From: Phoronis australis
Lineage: Eukaryota > Animalia > Phoronida
Assembly: GCA_002633005.1 (NCBI GenBank)
Contig: NMRA01000602.1
Span: 181,680 to 221,795 of the forward strand
Reading direction: 5' to 3'
DNA length: 40,116 nucleotides
Part shown: positions 1 to 12,595 of the stretch, in pieces
Layout: the number at the start of each line of letters is the position of its first letter
Position numbering within the stretch: the stretch's first letter is position 1
Notes under the pieces: model-generated
The model's database searches: none
What the model saw: the letters and a program-made list of their open reading frames with translations, nothing else
What the model was told of the DNA's origin: nothing
Made by a program: the position numbers and the translations under genes

Positions 1-481
1 TTTGTCAAAATGTATCAACGTTAAATCTTCATAAATTACAAAGTAGCCGGTTGAACATGCCTTTCAGTTCAGCAAAAGTCGCCATGTTGTCGGTGCCGCC
101 GGAAATGAGACTAAGTCCAACGGGAATTCTCAGCACTTTTATCACTCAATAAGTAAGAACTGCGATGCTTAAATTTGGTGAAAACTTGTGAATCGCGCAG
201 AATAGTAAGTAAAGATATATCTCCCTAATTTTTACCGTAAATTATCGGCGAAAATAATTTATACTAAGTTTTAAACTCGTAACTTATTCCGCTGTCGTCC
301 AAGATGGCCGAACCGATCCAAACAAGTGACCCAAATTTCGCCACAAAAATTGCAATACCTTTGCACTGCTTGGCTCGATTTTGATAATTTTTCGATTTTT
401 ATTGAGTAGGATGCATTATCTTCCCGATGATAGTAAAGAATTTTTTCAAAACGAAAAAAAAAATTTTGGTTCGACCGCCCT

Positions 482-3082
482 ACCAGAGGACCCCTCTGGT
501 GAGACGTTTGAGGTACCCAGACAGGATGAACCCATAGGGCTGGGAGTTTCCAAGCTGATGAGCCTTCAGATAACGACCCTGTGTTCCTGAGGGAGGACAC
601 GTCAGGACAAGGCAGACCTCCACCACGCCCAAGAAGGAAGAGAGTGAAAGGGCCGAAGATGACAGACGAAGCAGCATGGAAGGCTTTTGATGGGGATGTG
701 CACAACATCATGAAGACAACTTTGATGGGCAGCGTAGAGAAAATGATTGAGAGTTTCACCACAATCATTTACACCGTGGCTTTAAAGCGGTTTGGTGCAC
801 AGGAAGAGCGTACGAGAGCACCACGGCAGGAAGTTCCGGGAACGGCGCATCAAAGTGATACGAACTGAACTAAGGGGAAGGCTTTCCGCAAAGCCCAGGA
901 GCATGAGAAGGTCGGTGTGCAGTGGCTTAGAGATGACTTGCGGTATGAGCTCAGGCGCCTGCGGAATGCAGAGAGGTTACGTCGAGCCAAGAAGGAAAGA
1001 GCTTAGCGAAGGTCTCAGTATTTCAAGGATCCCTTCAGATTTATAAAGACCTTGCTGGGGGAAGAGAGATCAGGCGAGTTGCAGTCAAGCGAAGAGGCAA
1101 TAGAGCAACATGTTAACGCAGCTCGTGGAGTCGACAGAGGAGATGTGCACCTAGGAGTGTGTTCGAGAGTGGAGGCTGTGAATAGGCCAGAGAGTGAATT
1201 ATACATGAAAGAACCTACGTGGAAGGAACTGCTGCAGGTGGTTAAGAAAGCTCGATCGGGCTCAGCCCCAAGTCCAAGTGGCATCCCGTACAAGACCCTA
1301 CAAAAAGTGTCCCTAGCTGCTAAGGCAGCTGTGGCTAATTCTAAGAACAGTATGGAGAAAGGGCAAGATACCAACTGGCTGGAAGGTCGCAGAGGGTTGG
1401 TTTGTGCCCACCGAGAAGGAGTCTGCTGTGATTGACCATATTAGAACAATATCACTGCTGAGTGTAGAAGGGAAGATGTTGTTTGGGATCCTTGCTAGGA
1501 GGATGACATCCTATCTCTTAGACAACAAGTACATATACACATCTGTCCAGAAAGGAGGAATTCCTGGTTTTTCCGCCTGAGTTGAACATACGAGTGCCTT
1601 AAGCCAGCTACGGTTCCATACCCCACCAGCTGATCAACATAGCATTAAAGTACTATCACGCTCCTGCGCATATCAGTCGCATGTTAACAGATTATTTTCG
1701 AGGTATCCAGTTGAGGTTTATTGCAGGTGCCGTCACTACAGTTTGGATCAAGCTGGAAAGAGGTATAATAACTGGATGTACCATCTCTCCTACTCTGTTC
1801 ATCATGGGGATGAATTTTCTGATAAAGGCAGGAGAAAGGGAATGTAGGGGTCTGAGGCTACAGTCCGGTATCGTGGTGCCTGTAATTAGAGCATTTATGG
1901 ACGACTTGACAGTAACTACGGTGACGCATGTGCAATCTCGGTGGGTTTTGGCAGCACTATATGAAGTTGCAACGTAGGATCGTATGAAGTTTAAACCCAA
2001 GAAGTCGAGACTTTGATAATGAGAGGTGGGAAAGTGGTCAACAGATTTACCCTGACCATTCAAGGCGAAGAAATTCCATCAATTTTTAATAACCCCATCA
2101 AGTGCCTAGGTCAATGGTACGATAATCTCCTGTGCGATAAGAACAACATCAAGCAGATGGAGACCCAGGTGACGGAGTGGTTCAAGAGAATAGATAAAAG
2201 CGGTCTTCCTGGCAAGTACAAGGCGTGGATTTACCAGCACGGGCTGTTACCCCGAGCAACATGGGATCTTATGCTGGATGACATCCCGATATCGGCAGTA
2301 GAGTGCCTGGAGAGAACATTAAGCAAGTGGTTGAGGAAGTGGTTGGGAGTCCCAAAAACCTTCACACAGGTTGGTCTTTATAGCAGAACGGCAGAGCTTC
2401 CACTGCCTCTAGCGTCAATCACGGAGGAATTTATAGTAGGAAAGTGCAGGCTGGGTCTCACATAACGCGACTCTAGAGATCCAAAGGTGAGGGATGCTGG
2501 TGTCATGACAAAATCAGGGAGACGGTTGTCAGCAGACACATCTCTGAGTCAAGCGGAGAGTTTGTTACAGATCAGAGATATAATTGGTAGCACCTGCGTA
2601 GGAAGCCAGGGGTTGGGGACATCCCAGTTCCAACAGTGGGTGAAGGCGAGTGAGAGGCAGCGGAGAGAGATGGGCCAAGCTGAGGTTAGAGCAGCAAAGG
2701 AGGAAGCCCGTAAAGCCAAGACAGTACAGCTAAGCCAGCAGGGAGCATGGACAAGGTGGAATCATTCAGAGATGAAGATATCGTGGGCAGACGTGTGGAG
2801 ACAATGCGTGTCGAGTTGTTACTTCGATCAGTTTACGACGTGGTACCATCACCTGCAAACCTTCTTCGGTGGGGCCTAGTGGATGACCCAGCCTGCCAGT
2901 TGTGTGGCGGAAGAGGTACATTGGCCCACATGTTATCAGGGTGCAAGACGGCACTGCTGCAGGGCCGATACAGATGGCGTCACGACCAAGTACTGAAGAC
3001 CCTTGCAGACATCATAGATGCAGAGCGTAAGACAAGAGCAACTCAGCCTAGGGCAAGCAGACAGCACTTGGAATTCGTCAGG
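482..3082 (+). mobile_element. Decayed non-LTR retrotransposon of the restriction-like-endonuclease group (Hero-like); RT plus CCHC knuckle, 3'-truncated
   Basis: Successive + ORF pieces give SAPSPSGIPYK, RTISLLSVEGK, QKGGIPGFS, YGSIPHQLI, RGIITGCTISP, RAFMDDLTV (RT catalytic motif), IDKSGLPGKYKAWIYQHGLLPR, CQLCGGRGTLAHMLSGC and RYRWRHDQVL. There are several stops (ORF ends 868, 1977, 2465) and frameshifts. No PD-(D/E)xK nuclease motif follows ~3080. The clade call is from recalled motifs. Confidence 0.88.
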
Positions 3083-4586
3083 TGCGCTTCGTTCACGCCT
3101 AACTCACTTAAGTTCCGGGCACAGTCACGCTTCGGCTTACGCAAGTTGTCACGGTCGATTCACGCCTCACTCTCCTGTCTGTCTTTGGTGACGGTCGCAC
3201 CAAGCCAGACCAGACGAAGTCTGATAATTCAGTGGCTGTACTGTATTTACACCACAATTTGAGCGATAAACCCTGCAAGTAATCGATCTTCCTTTCTCGA
3301 CTCACCTCGGTTTTGTAACTATAGTGTACTTTCAATATCGGAGGCCTGGGGTGAGCCTTTAAGAAACGATGAGTTATTCTGGTTAAAATAATATATTTTT
3401 AAACAACACTAAATGGAAATTTAAACAATGTAAAATTAAAGAGAACCCATGGCATAAGTTTTAAGGATCTAGTCTAGCTTACTGCACATCACATCTTAGC
3501 ATGGGAAGCTTCCAACGTGAAAATATCCCCTGCTAAAATAAGTTACCACTGGTTATTGATTATCATGTCGAACTCAAAGGATCCGACCACAGGTGACCCG
3601 CATTTACAGACCAAGCGAAAGGTAAATTTTAATTAATCAATGATGTCGTTTCTATAGAGATTGGACATCTTATTTTCACAAAGTATAAATGTTGGTGCAG
3701 TGCCGTTGGTAGAACAAGAGATACAAGAGAGTGCTTCTGTTCGGATGCACGTTTCGTCAGTTGTGAAACCGAGACGCTGAAAAAAAGATACGCAGAAGTG
3801 TCTCTTTAACATTAAGCATTTGTACAAAATAGGTGCGTGAATAATGTTCATTTAAAATTAGTGCCAAATTTTAGTCACTGCCGATGCTCCCTCTTTCCAG
3901 AATAACGAAAAATAAAAATATGTTGATTCTTTTTTCTTTACACTGGTAGATCACATTGGCGATATGTCACTCATAACACTCTACTTGCAAACGCAGTTTT
4001 TATTTTCATTCTTGTAATGCCAATGGGCTTTGCGATAACCGGGCACATGCACAATTGTTCATGCCATTCGGCTGCAACTCTGGTACTTTCCCATGTTTTA
4101 AGCACCGTCATGGGTGCATGGTTTATGAAGTATCTACTAAGCCAGAACACAAATAGCAACATCTGACGTGCTGGCAGCATGAAAGAAAAATGCTTCACGA
4201 AGAATGCTATTGTACGTGTGTTAAAACCTAGCATTGACGGGGGGTCTTAGTGTCCATATTTTTATATTATTTCTATATGAAAACTGCAACAAATCTGTTA
4301 GCGTTTTACATCTGGTGACATTGGCGAATTACATGCTTTCCTGGTTGAGGTGCATTTACATCGTTGCGTGATATGGTAAATTGACCGGTAGAATGAAAAC
4401 ACAGCCGTTGTGATACCACACATGTAAGTTTCTATAGTTGTCAAAGGAAGGGTCAGGTTCAAAGACAATGAGTGGACAGTAATTGGGTAAACCAGATGTT
4501 ATTATGCGAGTATATGAAGTGTGTTTTCAATACAACCTAGCAGATCAGTGACCACGCAGCTCACCGTCACAAAGGTGAAAGTTGAG

Positions 4587-4620
4587 ATGGACATCAATCA
4601 CGGATATGTTTTCCACTTGG
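4587..4620 (+). CDS. Candidate initiating exon of WSC gene A (MDINHGYVFHL-)
   Basis: ATG at 4587, open to TGG|GTAAAT with a phase-1 donor that fits the acceptor phase at 6206. This would give a 990-nt CDS (329 aa). The only support is phase compatibility. Confidence 0.25.
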
Positions 4621-6205
4621 GTAAATAGTAATAACATTATCTGATGACGAGGTTAAAATTAATTTGAATGTCAACACTAGTCTTGAAACTACTACGCTAC
4701 TGTTTTATGTTTTACACAACGTAACACTAACACAGTGATGGTCACCATTGCTACCTAACCATCAGCGCTAGTGTGAACGAGAGCTGTATAAAGACATGTA
4801 CGCCTGTAGCTCATCGTTCACTAGGACAGGGCCAATAAAAAAACAAAGTCCCGAATTAGTTGGCGTCTTTGTACTGGCAACTAAGAAGTAAAGTTATAGT
4901 TTGCAAATACTTGGTTACTATCATGATAATGATACTATTTTCAAAACAGAAAGGATGCCTTTGATTGCTCTATTAGTTGTACATCACCGTCGCAAATTAT
5001 AAACCGAGCACAGGTTCTTCAAATTCAAAGCTCGACTTTGCGAGTTGCTGATGATTTCAATGTTCTTGTAGGTAATGACAATGAAATTGTGACGCTTTAA
5101 ATTAGAAATTGCACCCCTAACTCCTTATATATGTGATTGCTAGGTGAAAATAGGTAGAAACAAGCATTTTGTGTGGAAATGATCAGTTGTGAGTCGCAAG
5201 TAGGTATCGTGACGAGGTGTTGGGGAATAACACCACGTGATGCGAGCTGTGTGAGCCCCAAATGTACGTCATTAGAGCAAAAGTCACCTATACGCAGAAT
5301 TTTTGTTTTCACCTTTACAAGACAGTCGTCATCGTCACCATCGCAGGATTGTGGTCAGTGCAGACCCACAATGGTACACCTGCTCACTTTGTATGCACGA
5401 TATCAGTACTTAATCGTTCCTATATTTCAAAAAATGTGTATTGGTATAAACGTTTTCCAAATCTTGCAGATATATTTTGAAATTCCTTGTGTGAGTAGGT
5501 GTGACATTGCCGTTGTTGTCGATGGCTCAGCGCTCAAGACGACGTCGTTGTCAGTCCCAGCGACCTCGTTGTTATTGTCTGCAATGTCTCTGATTGCTGA
5601 ATAAAGGAAGAATATTTTCACCAATATTCGCTTTAATTAGTGTTGGATATGGTCGTATCGCGTAAGCATTGAGACTTACAAACGGATATGTGTTTACAAA
5701 GAGGAGACACTGATTATCAAATCACTACAGAAAAACTTCAATCCGAAATATTCAACGCAAAAATATAATTAGACTTGACTTAATTATATCAACTGAATTT
5801 TGTCACCAATAGACAGAAGCGAGGCCTGTCGACCAGCATTTACCCGCACCTATTACACTAGAAACGCACAAAGTGTAACTAAAGATTATATAATAATATA
5901 GCTGACTTGTTTAGTGTTCTGAATTAGCTAATTTGCTTTCTAAATTTAGTAGGCTTAAAAGTGTGATGATGACAAAATTTCAAGGTTCTTTCGTCGCAGA
6001 CAATACATGTAGTTGGTGTTAATGTGTATGACGCTCAATAACTGTCTATATAACTTGTCCTTGCATGTACCTTGTAAAGAGAAGAATTTGTCGGGACGCT
6101 TAGTTGAAATGCATTATGATTCCATTTCCAAGATTCCAAATTTAATACTATTTTTAATGCCACGTTCATCATTGTTGCTCTCATCCTTTTCCCCGTGTGT
6201 TTCAG

Positions 6206-6250
6206 GAACAAGAACGGTTTATTTTACACTCGTTTTTGCAATAGTTCAAG
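6206..6250 (+). CDS. WSC gene A, signal-peptide-like mini-exon, (G)TRTVYFTLVFAIVQ
   Basis: ccttttccccgtgtgtttcAG acceptor and CAAG|GTAAGT consensus donor. The exon is 45 nt, phase 1-1 and hydrophobic, and it mirrors the 39-nt exon of gene B. Confidence 0.7.
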
Positions 6251-7624
6251 GTAAGTGTCCATCACTGTCAAATTAGTAGCTCAATTAGATTTCCAGAAGA
6301 AAAAATACACAACTAAGACAGTTCAACATGTAGAATTGATAGTAAGTGCATTATTAGATGTAGTCTATGTAATAGGACACTCTGCAACACCAATAAATTG
6401 TAATAACGTTTAGGTTTTATTGACGTGAACAGCTGACAGCCCTAATAAATGGAAGTAAATTGGTTAAGTGTCCTAATATAAAGTTGCATTTTGCTGCTTG
6501 GCTTGCTACGAAGCAACCATCGAGATTGTTAGTTAATAATGCTAATAATGTCGAACTCATAATATACCTTACTATAATCAGAGCATTGTTTGATTTAACA
6601 GCAAGAGTTCCAAACAGTCTGCATTTCACAAGAACTGTTCATAGTTGATTGGGGTTGTTTACCTGTAATGTTATAAATTTGAAAGTGCTTCAGTCAGCTT
6701 ATAACTAAGGAGCAGGTTTTCTGATACACTGTAGATGAAACATGGTCGAGAATATCTGTGTACACCATTATTACTGGATGCACTGTAAAACCCATTTCTT
6801 CAGACAGTAAAAGTCAAAATGACCCTGATACATAAAGAGTATGCTACCAAAAACAAAAAAACATCGGGACTCACTTTTGCGATTTTTGTGATACTGATGA
6901 AAATTTGCTCTGAAAAAAGCAATATTTACAAAAAGGAGAAAATGATATTGTATTGGACTGCAGAACTTCTGGATAAATAGTTGAACGTGTTTATCTCAGC
7001 CAAAACGCAAGCATTACAAGGTTGCTGCAATACACAGCAGCCTTTTTGGTTGAACGGGATAGGCTCTTGCGGCGTTGCTTTGCTTTAATTGGCGAATGTA
7101 AACTTGTCGCAAAACCCCGTAACACTTTATTTTGTTTAGTCCAACGGGATAATAACGCTATGTTGCATATTACATACATGTATGGTGAAGATCAAAGTTG
7201 TTATATGTTCAATTGCGACAGGCGTTTCGAGGTAGTTGGAGATGGGCTAAAACAATTAAAACGTAGGCAGTCCGGAGATCGCGTGACAATTGGCAAGCAC
7301 ACCGTACACTGTGAGAAACGATAAGCATATTATTGGGTTCATTTATAATATAATTGCTGGTACAAGTAAATATTACAGGTAAACGTTCTGACAAAGATAT
7401 GTTGGAATATTTCAACTTTAAGAATCAACATAGAGGCGCACTGACAAGCAGGTCAATCGTACACCAATAAGTTAATGCATAAACATGACATTAACGATAT
7501 TAAAAGCATGTGCACACNTAAAGTGCAAACTCTAACGGCTTCGTCCAGGAAAGGAATCTCTACTACTCTACTATAGGTCACGTGCAAGACTGAGTTAGCG
7601 TTCCATGGTTGGAGTTTTAGGTTC

Positions 7625-7760
7625 GATTTAAAATCCCATTACACCCTCAACTCCCACACCCCTCTACCCCTTCGACCCACGACTCCCTCCACCCAAAAAG
7701 CCCTCGACCCACAATCCACGACCCATGACCCACTCTACCCACAACCCCCTCAACGCACCA
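7625..7760 (+). repeat. C-rich (CTCGACCC/GACCCAC) tandem array; solo end related to the 14731-15602 element
   Basis: Shares cccttcgac...cccaaaa(a)gccctcga with 14780-14810. Confidence 0.6.
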
Positions 7761-7984
7761 CTTATATTACCCAAAACCAGGTTCGTTTTCGTCAGGTTAT
7801 TTCCTTCCCTGGTTGTGAATGGTATAAAGGAAAATGACATCGATTTTATAAGTATTTTTACCTAATTCGGTCTATATCCACATCACGTAGCTTTCTGTCG
7901 ATCTTGCCGTGAGGTGTCATGTTAACCTGTTAGAAATGTGAGAAAGGATGCAGCGTCGTCATTGATTCATCTGCATTGTTGGTG

Positions 7985-8270
7985 CCGCTATGTTGTGATA
8001 AATTGTTCCCGCTTGTGCGACCTATGGAGCTGCGAGGAAAGCGGTTCTATCATCTTTGTTCGATTTCCTCGAGAGTCCGTAATGCTTAGGAAGTGGCTTG
8101 CGGCAGTGAAGAATTCCGTAAATACCAGGCGTGATGCCGTAAAACATCTCCGTGTCTTTGGCCGGCATTTCGTTGACAGTTATGGTCACTAATTAATGGC
8201 GACTTACCATACAGTTCATGCCAGAGCGGAAAAATAGTCTGAGGCTGAAATCAGATGCTGTATGCACTGA
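7985..8270 (+). pseudogene. Degenerate THAP zinc-finger remnant (DNA transposon derived)
   Basis: Reads CRYVVINC...RFPRESVMLRKWLAAVK...HLRVFGRHF, then LRLKSDAV after the stop. The third Cys is lost. Confidence 0.6.
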
Positions 8271-8379
8271 ATTTGCGCTCGGCAGCCAGGAGACAAAGAA
8301 ACACCGGTCAGTTGTTGATCCGTTTTTGATGATGGAGAATTGTAGTAGGCCATGAAAACATAAAAATTGCAGTTAATTA

Positions 8380-10260
8380 AAGACATGCGAACATAAGGGT
8401 TTTATAATCTGTTTGATGACTTTCGGGTTTGTAAGGTTTCTGTTTGATGCTCAGTGTGTATGACGTTTTCGCCAGTTTTTTTCCCAACGCTAAAAAAACG
8501 TCACAACCAGAGTAGTGCCATAGAAATACCTTCTTCAGTAACCTATCACCACCTATGGTAACTAGTTTGTACCAAAGACGCACAATATTCAATTTTAATC
8601 TATTTCCGGTGGATTCTCACCCCATATCGCCACTAACAGCATGAGTGGCTGTAAGTCGGTTGACCCCTAAAAAAAAACGCACAGCTCTGTTTTGAATATT
8701 TTGATTATTACCAAAATTTTTGTAACCCTAAACAGATGACCCGTAACCAAAAATTGGTGCCACACACGAATTAAATAATGTTTTAAACGTTTCGAGTACT
8801 AGATTCTTGTTGTCACGGAATGTTGAGCATATCTTCCCTAACGCTCTACCAGAAGCTTCAGATAACACATTCGAATTTTCTTTGAAGTCAAGGTGTTGAT
8901 CCAGAATACAGCCTAAATATTTGTATGAGGGTTTAAAACTGGTAACACTGTTTAGAATAAATTCAAAATTGCTTCTAGGCATAGACTTAGCTCAAAAATC
9001 GACAACATTAAATTTTTGCCATGTTCACAACCATTCTCTACTTTTTACAACAGTTTTTTAAAACCTTCAATATATCTTGCATGTCATTTTCGTTCTCAGA
9101 CAAAAGTGCAATATCGTCGGCGTAAAGAAGCGCCAAGATATTGTTCGGGCCACATTGGATACCTTTAGCCAATTTTTTAAAATACAGAGCTAAGTCATTT
9201 ATATACATGTATAATGCAAAGAGTGTCGATGATAAAACGTCCCTCTGACGGACACCATTTTCATGTGTGAACCAACCACTATACAGAGTGCTATTTAATC
9301 GTATACAGTTCATTGGACTTTTGTGAATCATAGGAATTGCATTATGCATTCTACCATTAATACTATTTTGCAGTAGTTCATGATTTGACCAGTCAAAAGG
9401 TTTTTTCATGTCCACAAATGTTACAAATGTAGAAAGGTTAGACGACTTTCCTGTTTGAATAACTGATGACAGCACATATAAGTGATTAATACAGGACCGT
9501 TGGCTTCGGAATCCATTTTGCTCGTCAACTAAAATATTGTTCTGTTCACAGAAACCCAAAATTCTATTATTCAAAACAGCACTGAAAATTTTATAATTAT
9601 TGGAAAGAAGACTAATCCCACGGTAGTTCAAAGGTAACCTAGAGTCGTCTGTAGAATGCTTACTGTAGCTATCGGGATTATAATTGCCTTATACCAGTCA
9701 GTAGGCAGAATTATCTGGTGCTTTACATCTTAGCCCAATCAATGCGTGGATATCTAACATATCAATAAAATCAGACGTCTTTGTGATGGAAAACGATACG
9801 CATTTTTTCAAATTATTTTGGCCAGTTAAAATATAATCTACAGCATTTCCTCTAGCTGGGACAGAGGTGAAATTTCCAATTCTGGAGAAATTTTGCTCTT
9901 AGCAGTAGCCAATTTCGAGTCTTTCACAAGGTCAATTAAAGCATTACCAAATCGATTGGTCTGAAAATCTATGATCTACCTTGGGCCCACTTCGTCAATA
10001 TCCAGAATGAAACCTAGTTTGTTGCCTGTCCTTGTGTTAAAGTGCCCGCAAATGAAGAAATTGTCAACATCACTAAAATTATTCAATTGGTCGATGAGAT
10101 GAGAATAAATGTCATAAATGTTCTTACTTCTATTTGAACCCCGGGAGGAAAGTAGCATGTATAAATTATAAAACAAGTTTCAGACATAATACTTGTAAAC
10201 TTCACCCCTAGAATGCCACCATCAAAGACCTTATCGATAACACTTACTGTGTACTAAATT
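8380..10260 (-). mobile_element. Decayed APE-type LINE (CR1/L2 group) ORF2 fragment in an intron of gene A
   Basis: Endonuclease remnant FICGHFNTRTG (GDFNAR-like). RT motifs NYRGISLLS, DEQNGFR, FVDMKKPFD, GVRQRDVLS, LLYADDIALL and YKYLG. Broken by stops and frameshifts. Confidence 0.9.
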
Positions 10261-10465
10261 CATGAAACATACGGTGGTCCGAGCGGTTTCATGAAAATTT
10301 CACATGAACGTGCTTTTCATTTGCTTTTATTTCCCCAAGATCTGCGAGGCAATTGATCGTCGACCTCTCTGTTCAGTCACGTGACTGCAGTTAAGTCTTA
10401 ATTTAAGGTTACTCTAGAATATCCTGGTTTGCTATAACAGAGTAATTTGTGATCATTTTCTACAG

Positions 10466-10756
10466 TTACAGGTCTTTCAGTGCAGGAACTAATAGCCCTC
10501 GAAACAAGAATAAAGTTGCCAGGTTGTTACGTTCGCAATGATGAAACACCTGGTTTGACATTCTTGGCTTACAGAAGAAAAGACACAATGGCCGAAACTT
10601 GTAAACAGACATGTTATAGTCGCTGGTTTATGCGAGCTGGTATACAGAATGGCAACGAATGCTGGTGTGGAAACACTTATGAACACTATCTTAAAGTTGC
10701 GGACTCTGAGTGTAAGGAATTGAAAATTTGGATTATGTCAACAAACTACGTGTCAA
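10466..10756 (+). CDS. WSC gene A, WSC domain 1 exon (6-Cys variant)
   Basis: ttttctacAG acceptor, with an alternative in-phase AG at 10480, and A|GTAAGA donor; phase 1-1, 291 nt. Reads PGCY...TCKQTC...AGIQNGNECWCGN...SEC. Confidence 0.85.
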
Positions 10757-11642
10757 GTAAGAAATATTTCATAGGTACTACACTAAGTTTAGTGATTTAA
10801 ACATTCAATCCTGTGTTGCCACGTGTATTTTATTTTTGGTGAGCCTAAGCTTTTGGATATCCAAATGTGCATTCTGGTAAAATTTAAGTTTTTCTGCCGA
10901 ATGTCAAGTTTGTATTCAGTACGTTACTGTCGCCGGAATGTATATTTTCTTTTGATGAATTCACATTTCAGCAATATTTAAATTTTCACCGCACCCTAAA
11001 TTATTCAAATCATATGACAACCTTATCCTTTTTTGAGAGGTACATGAGTTATGCTATGACTGGCGCATTAATCCGTCAAAAACACACCCAAGACACCGAT
11101 AAATACCTTAGGTGTCCCGGATGGTTCTCAATAATTGTAGATGTTGCGTTAAGTCTCGCTTGCATCATATGTATATGTAACCCATTGCAATGACCAATGC
11201 GAACCTCCGTCAAATTGCCAATCTGCTGGATACTGCATCCAATCACCTCCAGGTTTTGGGTAAACCGAGGTGGAAAGACTTGTTGTCAACTTTGTGTCGC
11301 ATGTATACTGCAACACAGCACAATCAACGCCGGAGACATTGTAACACGACCTTCGTTATCAGGCGGCCAACAAACTGTTATTGCACGCAATGTTTGAAGA
11401 ATATTTCGCTCCGCTCTACGTCGATTTTAACTTCCACACACTCACCATTAGCTCCGAAGCAGGGGTTTTGAATTGCACAGCGAATCTTTAGTAATAAAAC
11501 CAATACAGCATTAGTAGGTGGAGAACAGATCTGCACCCACACATAACCTGCAAACATTTAATGTCCATTGTCTAACATTTCGTAATCCACGAGTTAAAAC
11601 AACAGATGGGTTTTTAAGAACAAGCATGTTGATATCTTGCAG

Positions 11643-11927
11643 GGCATTCTAAACTTGTAAACAAGTGCTGGTCAAGCGATAGAAACTTTGACGATTTTTT
11701 GGCGTACCGCGGTCATCACAATAGCCGATCATATTGTCGTCAACTTTGTGGCAGCTATCGCCAGCCATTTGCTGCAACTCAACACGGAGAACAATGTTGG
11801 TGTGGGAAGGATTTCTTCAGTAGCAAAATTGTTTCGCCTCGAAAATGTAACAAAAAATGCAGTGGAGATAACAGTCATACATGTGGTGGATCGCAAGCAT
11901 ATTTTGTTATGCCGTCTGAAATTACAG
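11643..11927 (+). CDS. WSC gene A, WSC domain 2 exon
   Basis: tcttgcAG acceptor and CAG|GTAACC donor; phase 1-1, 285 nt. Reads HSKLVNKCW...YCRQLC...FAATQHGEQCWCG...KCNKKCSGDNSHTCGG (8 Cys). Confidence 0.88.
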
Positions 11928-12251
11928 GTAACCTGCAGTGTCGTAGCCCTGACTGAATTATTGTTTGCTGATCTTTGCGTCAACTTTTAGGTCTATTTTT
12001 CTTTCTTCTCTTGTTTTTTCTCTTGCATCCTCCCCACCCGTATTTCTAACTGTTGGGCTGTCTGTACCCTGACATACATGTATTCCTCTGGCCCTTCGCT
12101 GATGGCGGCTCGTTAGAAAGGAAGTGGAGGGAGGAGACTGATCAAAGACTGAAGGGAGTGACGAAACCGTCATGATAAGTAGGAACTGTTTGTATAACAG
12201 GATTACCCGCTACCGTTGCATGTCAATGGTGTAATCTCATACCAAAAAGTA

Positions 12252-12595
12252 CACTGGACTTTCAGATGGGACAGGAATTGAAACTCAACTGAAGTTCAAT
12301 TAAAATTCAATTGAAATTCAATTGATAATTTTCCCATGTAAATGGATTAATTCAACTCATTAGCATAGTCAATAGCCATTCAACTAGAATTCAATAGCCA
12401 TGCAATAGCCATTCCATTTTACATGCAGTACAGAATCAGTTGAATTACATCCTATATTCAATAACAATTCAATAGCCTTTCAATGGCCATTCACTAGACG
12501 TTCAATGGCCATTCACTAGACGTTCAATGACCATTCAATAGCAGTTCAATGGCCATTCAATTTTTCAAACTATACAGAATAATTTGAATTTCAGG
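12252..12595. repeat. Degenerate ~11-bp tandem array (TTCAATAGCCA/TTCAATTGAAA) beginning at CACTGG; probable CACTA/CMC-type subterminal region
   Basis: Repeated ttcaat(a/g)gcca units, including the direct duplication caatggccattcactagacgtt twice at 12481-12524. No partner end was found. Confidence 0.55.

Noticed and set aside
271-768. 165-aa - strand ORF
   Set aside because: Largely the antisense shadow of the retrotransposon coding strand.
5427-5600. Minus-strand exon-like ORF (AIRDIADNNNEVAG...)
   Set aside because: An acceptor is present, but there is no recognisable domain or partner exon.
11190-11471. Cys-rich ORFs between WSC exons as an extra domain exon
   Set aside because: No WSC spacing and no convincing in-phase splice sites.
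12135-12175. Hammerhead-like CTGATCA...GAAACCGTC
   Set aside because: The core box is mutated and there is no helix I pairing.
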